A DNA stretch of 64,000 nt, taken from IMG/VR virus record IMGVR_UViG_3300025357_000008, positions 96,001-160,000 of that record. The stretch is one strand, 5' to 3'. The stretch is from a virus (Duplodnaviria > Caudoviricetes). The first letter of the stretch is position 1, and each line of letters begins with the position of its first letter. A program made the translations under genes and the position numbers. Below are positions 56,199 through 64,000 of this stretch, one piece after another. The notes under the pieces are model-generated. The model saw only the letters and a program-made list of their open reading frames with translations. It was not told the DNA's origin and ran no database searches.

Positions 56199-56272
56199 GC
56201 GTGGTTAGTTTAATGGTAGAATTAGAGCCTTCCAAGCTCAAGACAGGGGTTCGATTCCCCTACCACGCTCCA
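56199..56272 (+). tRNA. tRNA-Gly(UCC)
   Basis: Loop CT-TCC-AA, U73, CCA. Confidence 0.92.
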
Positions 56273-56288
56273 ACATTATAAGGTTATT

Positions 56289-56594
56289 ATGATTCAAATA
56301 TTGAAATTGGTTACAGGTGAAGAAGTTTTGGGTGAAATCACTAAGACCGACAAAATCCTCACAGTTAAAAATCCGGTAGGTGTCGTTGCCGTTCGTGGTA
56401 AAGATGGGCAACCGAACATCGGATTTTCACCATTTCCACTACATGCTGATCCAGTCAAAGATTTAACTATTGACTTTTCGGTCGATTCTGTAGTATACTC
56501 ATACACACCAGCACAAGATTTTATTGATAACTACAATCAAATCTTCGGTTCAGGCATCGTACTTCCAAAACCAAAAGAAATTATCCTAGGATGA
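56289..56594 (+). CDS. conserved T4-like hypothetical protein (Sm-like pattern)
   Basis: ILKLVTGEEVLG...YNQIFGSGIV. Confidence 0.7.
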   Translation: MIQILKLVTGEEVLGEITKTDKILTVKNPVGVVAVRGKDGQPNIGFSPFPLHADPVKDLTIDFSVDSVVYSYTPAQDFIDNYNQIFGSGIVLPKPKEIILG

Positions 56595-59140
56595 ACTTTT
56601 ACACAAGCGTTCACGTTATCGGCAATAACGTAATGTTTCGAGGTATCAGAAATGGTAAAAGAGTCAGACAAAAGATTGAATACTCACCATCTCTGTATCT
56701 TGAAACAAAAAAAGATTCCAAATACAAAAGTCTGCAAGGTCTAAACTTAGAGCAAAGAAAATTTGAAACTATCCGTGATGCTAGAGACTTTCTAGACGGT
56801 TGGCGAGATGTTTCTAATGCACCTAAGATATATGGTCAGGCTCGTTTTGAATATGCTTATATCACAGACCATTACCCTGGTTTGATTGATTACGACTTTG
56901 AGCATGTAAGAGTTGCCGTAATTGATATCGAGGTCGGTTCAGAGAATGGTTTTCCTGACCCATACGAAGCGACAGAACCCATCACAGCAATTTGTATTCA
57001 ATGGGTCAATGGTAAGACCTATGTTTTTGGCTGTGGCGACTATGAGACTAAAGGTGACGAAATTTATGTGAAGTGTAAAGATGAATATGACCTTTGCAAA
57101 AAATTCGTAATGCTATGGGCTGAAGATCCACCAGATATTCTATCCGGCTGGTACATGAAAGACTTTGACGTACCATATCTCGTCAATCGTTTTAGACGTA
57201 TTGTAGGCGAAGATTTCGCAAAACAACTTTCACCATGGAACATAATCAAAGAACGTAAGACTATCATTAATGGTAAACAAGTTCTTTATTACGAATTACT
57301 TGGTGTCTCTTGTCTCGATTATATTGACCTATACAAATGGTATGCTCCTAACGGTAAGTCACAAGAAAACTATCGTCTAGAAACTATTGCACAAGTTGAA
57401 TTGGGTGAAGGTAAGTTATCGTATGATGAATATGATAATCTACACACATTGTATAGACTCGACTATCAAAAGTTTATCGAATATAACATCAAAGACGTTG
57501 GTCTTGTAATGAGACTTGAAGAAAAGTTAAAGTTACTTGAACTTGCCATCTCTTTGACCTATGATACGAAATCAAATTACGATGATGTGTTTGCACAGAC
57601 TCGTATGTGGGATGCATTGACTTATTCTTACCTAAAAGAGAAAGATATCATTGTACCGCCACGTATTGTTAAAGACAAAGATATGGCATTTGAAGGTGCG
57701 TATGTAAAAGAGCCTCAAGTAGGTTTCCATGAGTATGTTGTTTCGTTTGACTTGAATTCTCTGTATCCTCATTTAATGATGCAATACAATATCAGTCCTG
57801 AAACTCTTATTGAGCCTGAAGAATATGATGATGAAATGCGAGCCGTAATTTCACAAGGTATTAATGTTGATAAACTTTTATCAAAGAGTATTGATATGTC
57901 TTCTTTACCAAAAGATGTTGTTATAACACCGAATGGTCAGTTCTTCAGTAAAAATATTCGTGGTTTCTTACCACAGATGTTGGAAGAGATGTATGAAGAT
58001 AGAAAGAAGTTTAAGAAACTATACCTACAAGCAAAACAAGAACTAGAAAACGAAAAGGATGTCTCTAAACACTATGAAATTGAAAAGAAAATTGCAAGAT
58101 ATAATAATCTACAACTTGCAAAAAAAGTGGGTCTCAACTCTGCCTATGGTGCTCTTGGGTCTCAGTACTTTCGCTTTTTTGACCTTCGGTTGGCTCTGGC
58201 TGTTACTACGGCTGGTCAGTTAAGTATTCGTTGGATTCAAGATAAGATTAATGATTACATGAACAAACTGTTGAAGACAGAAACTGATTATGTAATTGCA
58301 TCTGATACTGATTCAATCTATTTAAGACTTGGTGACTTGGTCAAAAAAGTTTATGGTGTGGATGGTGAAGTATCTTTACCTAAAACTAAGATAATCGACT
58401 TTATGGACAAGGTTTGTAGAGACAAACTTGAGCCTTATATTGATAAGTCTTATAAAGAACTCGGTGATTATATGCAAGTGTTTGCACAAAAGATGCAAAT
58501 GAAACGTGAATCACTTGCCGACAAGGGTATGTGGACTGCAAAGAAACGATATATTCTTAATGTGTATGATAATGAAGGTGTTCGATATAATGAGCCAGAC
58601 CTTAAGATTATGGGTCTAGAAGTTATTAAATCATCTACACCATCCGCTATCCGTGTTAAGATGAAAGAGATGATTGCATTGATAATGAAAGGTACCGAAA
58701 AAGATATTCAGAAGTTCATCAAAGACTTCAAGAAAGAATTCAAAGCGATGCCAGCAGAAGAGATTTCCTTCCCAAGAGGTGTGAATGGTATAAAGAATTA
58801 TTCTAATGCCGGTGGGCAACTCTATATAAAAGGTACACCTATTCATGTCAAAGGCGCAATTCTTTATAATCACTATCTAAAACAAATGAAACTTACCAAA
58901 AAGTATGAATTGATTAAAGAAGGTGAGAAGATTAAGTTTACCTATCTGAAAGAACCTAATCCATTCAAAGATTCGGTAATATCATTCCCAAGTCGTATTC
59001 CTGCCGAGTTTGGGCTTGACAAGTACATAGACTATGAGTTACAATTCGAAAAGACATTCTTAGGACCTATGCAGACAATTCTTGATTGCGTTGGCTGGAG
59101 GGCTGAGAAACTTAATACGCTAGAAGGATTCTTCAAATGA
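56591..59140 (+). CDS. gp43: family B DNA polymerase gp43
   Basis: Exonuclease DIEV, DLNSLYP, K..LNSAYG, DTDS; no intein or intron evident. Confidence 0.98.
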   Translation: MNFYTSVHVIGNNVMFRGIRNGKRVRQKIEYSPSLYLETKKDSKYKSLQGLNLEQRKFETIRDARDFLDGWRDVSNAPKIYGQARFEYAYITDHYPGLIDYDFEHVRVAVIDIEVGSENGFPDPYEATEPITAICIQWVNGKTYVFGCGDYETKGDEIYVKCKDEYDLCKKFVMLWAEDPPDILSGWYMKDFDVPYLVNRFRRIVGEDFAKQLSPWNIIKERKTIINGKQVLYYELLGVSCLDYIDLYKWYAPNGKSQENYRLETIAQVELGEGKLSYDEYDNLHTLYRLDYQKFIEYNIKDVGLVMRLEEKLKLLELAISLTYDTKSNYDDVFAQTRMWDALTYSYLKEKDIIVPPRIVKDKDMAFEGAYVKEPQVGFHEYVVSFDLNSLYPHLMMQYNISPETLIEPEEYDDEMRAVISQGINVDKLLSKSIDMSSLPKDVVITPNGQFFSKNIRGFLPQMLEEMYEDRKKFKKLYLQAKQELENEKDVSKHYEIEKKIARYNNLQLAKKVGLNSAYGALGSQYFRFFDLRLALAVTTAGQLSIRWIQDKINDYMNKLLKTETDYVIASDTDSIYLRLGDLVKKVYGVDGEVSLPKTKIIDFMDKVCRDKLEPYIDKSYKELGDYMQVFAQKMQMKRESLADKGMWTAKKRYILNVYDNEGVRYNEPDLKIMGLEVIKSSTPSAIRVKMKEMIALIMKGTEKDIQKFIKDFKKEFKAMPAEEISFPRGVNGIKNYSNAGGQLYIKGTPIHVKGAILYNHYLKQMKLTKKYELIKEGEKIKFTYLKEPNPFKDSVISFPSRIPAEFGLDKYIDYELQFEKTFLGPMQTILDCVGWRAEKLNTLEGFFK

Positions 59141-60120
59141 TTTTTTTAACTTTACTTACCGCTTTATCACTTTCCGGTGTAGCGGCATACTATTCAGTAA
59201 TAGGACTTACTGCAATTTTCCCTGGTTCTTATTGGCCTATTATTGTAATGGGTTCTGTCTTTGAAGTGGCAAAACTTGTCACAATATCATGGACATATAG
59301 AAATTGGGAGACTGCACCGAGAAGTCTTAAAGCACCTTTTGTCACAGCAGTTGTTATTTTGATGTTCATCACATCAATGGGTATCTTTGGGTATCTATCA
59401 AAAGCACACTTAGAACATTCAGCAGACTTAGGTCCTATTGTTGACAAAGTGGCAATCATTGATGAGAACATAAAAGTTGAAAGGGAAAACATTGAAACTG
59501 TCCGTAAAAATCTCAAACAAATGGATGATAGCGTTGAACAAATTATGGGTAGAACGGATACAGAAAAAGGTGCCGAGAAATCCAATTTTATACGCAACAG
59601 TCAGAAAGCAGAACGTAGCCGTCTACTTAACGAAATCACCGTTTCGCAACAGAAGATTGCTGTTCTCAATACTGAGAGAGCACCGATTGCGAACGAGCTT
59701 AGAAAGGCAGAGTCGGATTTTGGGCCGATAAAATATATTGCAGAGTTAATCTATGGTTCTGGTGACCGAGATGTGATTGACAAAGCAGTTCGTCTAGTCA
59801 TAATGTTAATTATGATTGTGTTTGACCCATTAGCAGTATTGCTTTTAATTGCCGCTAATCGTTCTATCAAAGAACAATATGATGAGATGTCAGTTAAGAA
59901 GTGGTTCAAAAAAGAAGAACCTAAAGAAGAACAGAAACCAACAACGTTTGTAAATGAAGTCACACCGAACATAACAACACCTCCGTTATGGACAACAGTT
60001 CAAGTTGATAAAGAGAATATAGCAAATATAGCATCACCTGGAGTCGCATCGACTACATATGATTATTCAGTTCCTTTTGCCTTTGAAAAGGCGAAAGATA
60101 TAGCAAGTGGTAAGTTTTAA
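59137..60120 (+). CDS. membrane protein with a central coiled coil
   Basis: N-terminal TM helices, GIFGYLSKAH, C-terminal VFDPLAVLLL. Confidence 0.75.
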   Translation: MIFLTLLTALSLSGVAAYYSVIGLTAIFPGSYWPIIVMGSVFEVAKLVTISWTYRNWETAPRSLKAPFVTAVVILMFITSMGIFGYLSKAHLEHSADLGPIVDKVAIIDENIKVERENIETVRKNLKQMDDSVEQIMGRTDTEKGAEKSNFIRNSQKAERSRLLNEITVSQQKIAVLNTERAPIANELRKAESDFGPIKYIAELIYGSGDRDVIDKAVRLVIMLIMIVFDPLAVLLLIAANRSIKEQYDEMSVKKWFKKEEPKEEQKPTTFVNEVTPNITTPPLWTTVQVDKENIANIASPGVASTTYDYSVPFAFEKAKDIASGKF

Positions 60121-60132
60121 TAGGAGAACATT

Positions 60133-60342
60133 ATGGGAAAAGCGTTAGAGAAAGCAACAATTAGTGAGAAGTTGGCAAAAGTAAATGATAGTTTTACTGT
60201 CAACATGTATGACAATGGTTTTATGTTTGAAATCTCTGGTCGTGATGATACAGATGATTGGAAAAGCGCAAAGATTGTTGTGAATACAATTGAAGACCTA
60301 GTAGACTTAATCAATGAGGCACAAACTCTACCAAGAGATTAA
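60133..60342 (+). CDS. hypothetical protein (69 aa)
   Basis: RBS AGGAG. Confidence 0.7.
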   Translation: MGKALEKATISEKLAKVNDSFTVNMYDNGFMFEISGRDDTDDWKSAKIVVNTIEDLVDLINEAQTLPRD

Positions 60343-60345
60343 TCT

Positions 60346-61416
60346 ATGAGTATACTTGAGAAGTTAAAGAAGAACACCAGTATCAAGGAATCTGCTGTTC
60401 TTTCTAAATCTAAGTTCTTCACAGAGAAGGACATGATTCCTACTTCAATTCCTATCATCAACGTTGCACTTAGCGGTGCACTTGATGGTGGGTTAACACC
60501 TGGTCTCACAATGTGGGCCGGTCCTTCAAAGCACTTTAAAACTGCTTTTAGTCTTCTAATGGCAAAATCTTACTTAGACAAATATAAAGATGCGGCTCTC
60601 TTATTCTACGATAGCGAGTTTGGAACTCCTCAGTCTTACTTTGACTCGTTTGGTATTGACACTAATCGTGTTTTACATACACCACTTACTGACATCGAAC
60701 AGTTAAAGTTTGATATTATGCAACAGTTAACTCAATTAGAACGTAAAGATAAACTGATTATCATTATTGATTCAATCGGTAATCTTGCATCTAAGAAAGA
60801 AGTTGACGATGCATTAGAAGGTAAGTCGGTTGCTGATATGTCTCGTGCGAAACAAGTCAAATCATTGTTTAGAATGGTAACACCTCATCTGACAATGAAA
60901 GATATACCGATGATTGTTGTAAATCATACTTACAAAGAAATCGGTATGTTCCCAAAAGACATTGTAGGTGGTGGTACAGGTTCTTATTACTCTGCGGATA
61001 ACATCTTTATTCTCGGTAGACAACAAGAGAAAGAAGGCACAGAAGTTGTAGGTTACAATTTCATTATCAACGTAGAAAAGAGTCGTTATGTCAAAGAGAA
61101 ATCTAAAATACCAGTTAATGTATCTTTTGATGGTGGTATTAGCAAGTGGTCTGGCTTACTTGATATCGCTCTCGAATCTGGTCATGTAATCAAACCTTCT
61201 AACGGATGGTATTCTAAAGTTGACCTTGATGGTGTTGTAGAAGACAAAAAGTATCGTTTGAAAGAGACTGATACAAAAGAATTCTGGACACCAATTCTTA
61301 GAAATGTAACATTTCAAGACTTTATCAAACAGAAATATCGAATAGCTACTGGTAATATTATGCGTGGTGATATTGAAGAAGCATTTGCAGTAGAAACTAC
61401 TAATGGTGCTGAATGA
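60346..61416 (+). CDS. uvsX: RecA-like recombinase UvsX
   Basis: AGPSKHFKT, FYDSEFG, DSIGNLASKKE. Confidence 0.96.
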   Translation: MSILEKLKKNTSIKESAVLSKSKFFTEKDMIPTSIPIINVALSGALDGGLTPGLTMWAGPSKHFKTAFSLLMAKSYLDKYKDAALLFYDSEFGTPQSYFDSFGIDTNRVLHTPLTDIEQLKFDIMQQLTQLERKDKLIIIIDSIGNLASKKEVDDALEGKSVADMSRAKQVKSLFRMVTPHLTMKDIPMIVVNHTYKEIGMFPKDIVGGGTGSYYSADNIFILGRQQEKEGTEVVGYNFIINVEKSRYVKEKSKIPVNVSFDGGISKWSGLLDIALESGHVIKPSNGWYSKVDLDGVVEDKKYRLKETDTKEFWTPILRNVTFQDFIKQKYRIATGNIMRGDIEEAFAVETTNGAE

Positions 61417-61808
61417 TAGACTGTATGATTCTAGGTGATAGCATTGCGGTCGGGACTGAAATGTTCCGACCTGAATGTGTTGCATACGCTAAAGGTGGTT
61501 GGAATTCTTGGCAATGGAAGAAAGATTATCTTCAAAATGATTTGACTGCTAACACAGTTATCATTAGCCTTGGTTCTAACGACCACAAAGGTGTTAAGAC
61601 TAGAGAAGAACTAGAAATCATCCGTGGTAAAATTAAAGGTAGCAGAGTATTCTGGATTCTACCGGCAATCAAGCCTAATATTCAACAAATCGTAAAAGAA
61701 ATTGCTGAAGAACATGGTGACACAGTTCTACCAATCACAAAATTACAACCAGACGGTATACATCCTAGTTGGGCGGGTTATAAAGAATTAGCCAGAGAAA
61801 CAAAATGA
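61413..61808 (+). CDS. SGNH/GDSL hydrolase
   Basis: GDSI, GSND, DGIHP. Confidence 0.85.
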   Translation: MIDCMILGDSIAVGTEMFRPECVAYAKGGWNSWQWKKDYLQNDLTANTVIISLGSNDHKGVKTREELEIIRGKIKGSRVFWILPAIKPNIQQIVKEIAEEHGDTVLPITKLQPDGIHPSWAGYKELARETK

Positions 61809-62125
61809 CAGAAGGTATTGACTATTGCTTTATCTATCCTAAAAATGATAAAACGGTAACTCACATCAAACTTTTAGATGGTGAATACAAAGATACCGTT
61901 TTTAAATATGGTAAAGTAAAAATAACGGAAGAAATAGACGGACCCCATTTACATTTTGCTTTCGATGTGTTAGAATCAACAGTCAAGAAGCCTAAAAAAC
62001 TACAGAATGATGTTAATTTCAAACAGTATCTTGGTGATATGTTAGTTGAATTAATGAGTGATAATATTGACGAGGAAATAATTGATGAGACTAGAACAGA
62101 CGATATTAAGGAACCTGATTTATAA
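61805..62125 (+). CDS. hypothetical protein (occupies the gp40 position)
   Basis: Between uvsX and g41. Confidence 0.6.
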   Translation: MTEGIDYCFIYPKNDKTVTHIKLLDGEYKDTVFKYGKVKITEEIDGPHLHFAFDVLESTVKKPKKLQNDVNFKQYLGDMLVELMSDNIDEEIIDETRTDDIKEPDL

Positions 62126-63455
62126 TGAAGAGTACATTCGCAAGGTACTCCCTTTCCTCAAAGATGAGTACTTCTCGGATTCAATTGAGAGGACAATTTT
62201 CAAAGAACTCAGCGCATTTGTTTCAAAGTACAATACTACACCAACGATTGAAGCAATTGGATTGGCCATCAAAGAGAGGAGAAATCTCTCAGATGCTGAA
62301 GTGGAGAAGTCAGAATCTTATCTACAAGAGATTGTATCGTCTAAGGGAGAAGAATCCAAGATTCAATGGCTTATTGAAAAGTCAGAAGCCTTTTGTCAAG
62401 AAAGGGCAATCTACAACGCAGTATTGGGGTCTATTTCTATATTGGACGGTAAGGACAAAACAAATGACAAAGGTGCGATACCCAAAATATTATCGGACGC
62501 TTTATCGGTAAGTTTTGACAATTCAATTGGGCATGATTACTTGGAGAACTCTGATGAACGATACGACTTCTACCACAGAAAAGAAGAACGAATTCCGTTT
62601 GACCTCGACATGTTTAATAAGATTACAAAAGGAGGTCTCCCGATTAAGACTCTTAATATTGCTCTTGCTGGCACCGGTGTTGGTAAGTCCCTTTTTATGT
62701 GTCATTGTGCCGCTGGAAATATGTCGATGGGTAGAAACGTTCTTTACATCACTATGGAAATGGCTGAAGAACGTATTGCAGAAAGAATAGATGCAAATCT
62801 ATTGAATGTGACACTTGATGATTTGTTAGATTTACCTAAAGAGACTTATGATAAGAAAGTTGCGAATCTTAAGAACAAAGTAACAGGTAAATTAATCATC
62901 AAAGAGTATCCTACCGCATCTGCATCATCACTACATTTCAGAACCCTACTTAATGAACTTAATCTTAAAAAATCGTTTGTTCCAGATATCATCTATATTG
63001 ATTATCTTAATATTTGTTGTTCTTCTCGAATTAAACCCGGTTCCAATATCAACTCCTACACCTACGTCAAATCCATTGCAGAAGAGTTGCGAGGTCTTGC
63101 CGTTGAATTCGGAGTACCAATTGTTTCTGCTACACAAACAACACGGTCAGGATATGGTAGTTCAGATCCAGGACTCGAAGACACGAGTGAGTCTTTTGGT
63201 TTGCCAGCTACAGCCGACATGATGTTTGCCTTGATTAGTTCTGAAGAACTTGAAGGACTCGGACAGATAATGGTCAAACAGTTGAAAAATAGATACACAG
63301 ACCCATCACAATTCAAAAGATTTGTTGTAGGTATTGACAAACCTAAAATGAGACTGTATGATATTGATGATTCAGGTCAAACAGGTATCGTTGATTCAGG
63401 TATGCCATTTAAATCTGAAAGTCCTAAGAAAAAGTTTGAAGGTTTCAAGGTATAA
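62085..63455 (+). CDS. gp41: replicative helicase gp41
   Basis: AGTGVGKS, IDYLNIC, SATQTTRSG, SESFGLPATAD, KQLKNRY. Confidence 0.97.
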   Translation: MRLEQTILRNLIYNEEYIRKVLPFLKDEYFSDSIERTIFKELSAFVSKYNTTPTIEAIGLAIKERRNLSDAEVEKSESYLQEIVSSKGEESKIQWLIEKSEAFCQERAIYNAVLGSISILDGKDKTNDKGAIPKILSDALSVSFDNSIGHDYLENSDERYDFYHRKEERIPFDLDMFNKITKGGLPIKTLNIALAGTGVGKSLFMCHCAAGNMSMGRNVLYITMEMAEERIAERIDANLLNVTLDDLLDLPKETYDKKVANLKNKVTGKLIIKEYPTASASSLHFRTLLNELNLKKSFVPDIIYIDYLNICCSSRIKPGSNINSYTYVKSIAEELRGLAVEFGVPIVSATQTTRSGYGSSDPGLEDTSESFGLPATADMMFALISSEELEGLGQIMVKQLKNRYTDPSQFKRFVVGIDKPKMRLYDIDDSGQTGIVDSGMPFKSESPKKKFEGFKV

Positions 63456-63462
63456 ATAAACG

Positions 63463-64000
63463 ATGGGAGTCAATACACAAGCACTAATAGACGAGAAGGC
63501 GGCCTTTAACAAGGTCAAAAAACTTCTTGGCAATCCACAAACATTTGCAGAACCTGCAGGCTTTGATGTAGGATTCCCTGACTTTGGTTTTTCAGTATTT
63601 GTCAATAAGAAACGTGTTGACTTATTCTTTGAATATAAATCAAGTTATAAGGCTCAAATGGGTTCAATGAGAAACTGGACATTTGAGAAAGGTGTTTTTG
63701 ATGCACCGGATGCGGAAACTTCACAAGAAAAACAGCAACTGCTAGAAGTTATGAACGCAACAAAAGCGGCAAAAGATAATGCTGAAAGATTGCTTGAAGA
63801 CTTTCATAATTACTTTGACAATCCTAAAAAACCGATGTATAATATCACAAAGATTTCATCGGGTATGCTTTCAGTTGAAAAGAATCTTGCTATGAGAAAA
63901 GTTAGACTACAACACTTCTCAAACAATACTGAAAAGTTTTCAATTGCAAATATTGACAGCAGTAATCTTGGTGCTGAGATTCTAAATCACTATCACAAAA
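63463..64000 (+). CDS. 3'-truncated ORF, possible PD-(D/E)xK nuclease-fold protein (absent from the ORF track)
   Basis: Open from ATG 63463 to the window end; FPDF...FFEYK; late promoter at 63451. Confidence 0.6.
   Translation, partial: MGVNTQALIDEKAAFNKVKKLLGNPQTFAEPAGFDVGFPDFGFSVFVNKKRVDLFFEYKSSYKAQMGSMRNWTFEKGVFDAPDAETSQEKQQLLEVMNATKAAKDNAERLLEDFHNYFDNPKKPMYNITKISSGMLSVEKNLAMRKVRLQHFSNNTEKFSIANIDSSNLGAEILNHYHK

Noticed and set aside
22302-63455. Introns or inteins in gp17, gp43, gp41 or uvsX
   Set aside because: Lengths and motif spacing are normal and no splicing motifs were seen.
2479-63605. Many 60-130 aa alternative-frame or antisense ORFs inside larger genes
   Set aside because: Shadow ORFs of well-supported genes, with no motifs or translation signals.

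Overview
The window is part of an AT-rich T4-like myovirus genome, coded almost entirely on the + strand. 1-19.2 kb: a tail-fibre/receptor-binding island of four repeated three-gene cassettes, ending in two ~1540-aa multi-LamG proteins and two glycine-rich proteins. 19.2-34.1 kb: the T4-type virion module (g13-g23, g3). 34.1-48.9 kb: uvsY, uvsW, g55, g47, g46, peptide deformylase, a possible DNA-modification cluster, g45, g44, g62, regA and hsp20. 49.3-56.3 kb: 25 tRNA genes covering all 20 amino acids, interspersed with accessory genes. 56.6-63.5 kb: g43, uvsX and g41. Main finding: a 29-codon leader ORF missed by the ORF track (49532-49621) lies between a perfect sigma70 promoter and an intrinsic terminator directly upstream of the main tRNA array. 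It uses 19 of 20 amino acids and 27 different codons, and its 3' end can form a 15/16-bp antiterminator with the terminator arm. This looks like a translation-sensing attenuator that would switch on phage tRNAs when host tRNAs fail. Also near the array are a boxA element, a repeated TGTTG-N8-CAACA palindrome, structured spacer RNAs and an 8/4-type tRNA-Ser. Second finding: GATC and GCWGC appear to be avoided unless they overlap a CC/GG dinucleotide, suggesting CC/GG-directed DNA modification. All calls come from reading the sequence; no searches or folding programs were run.
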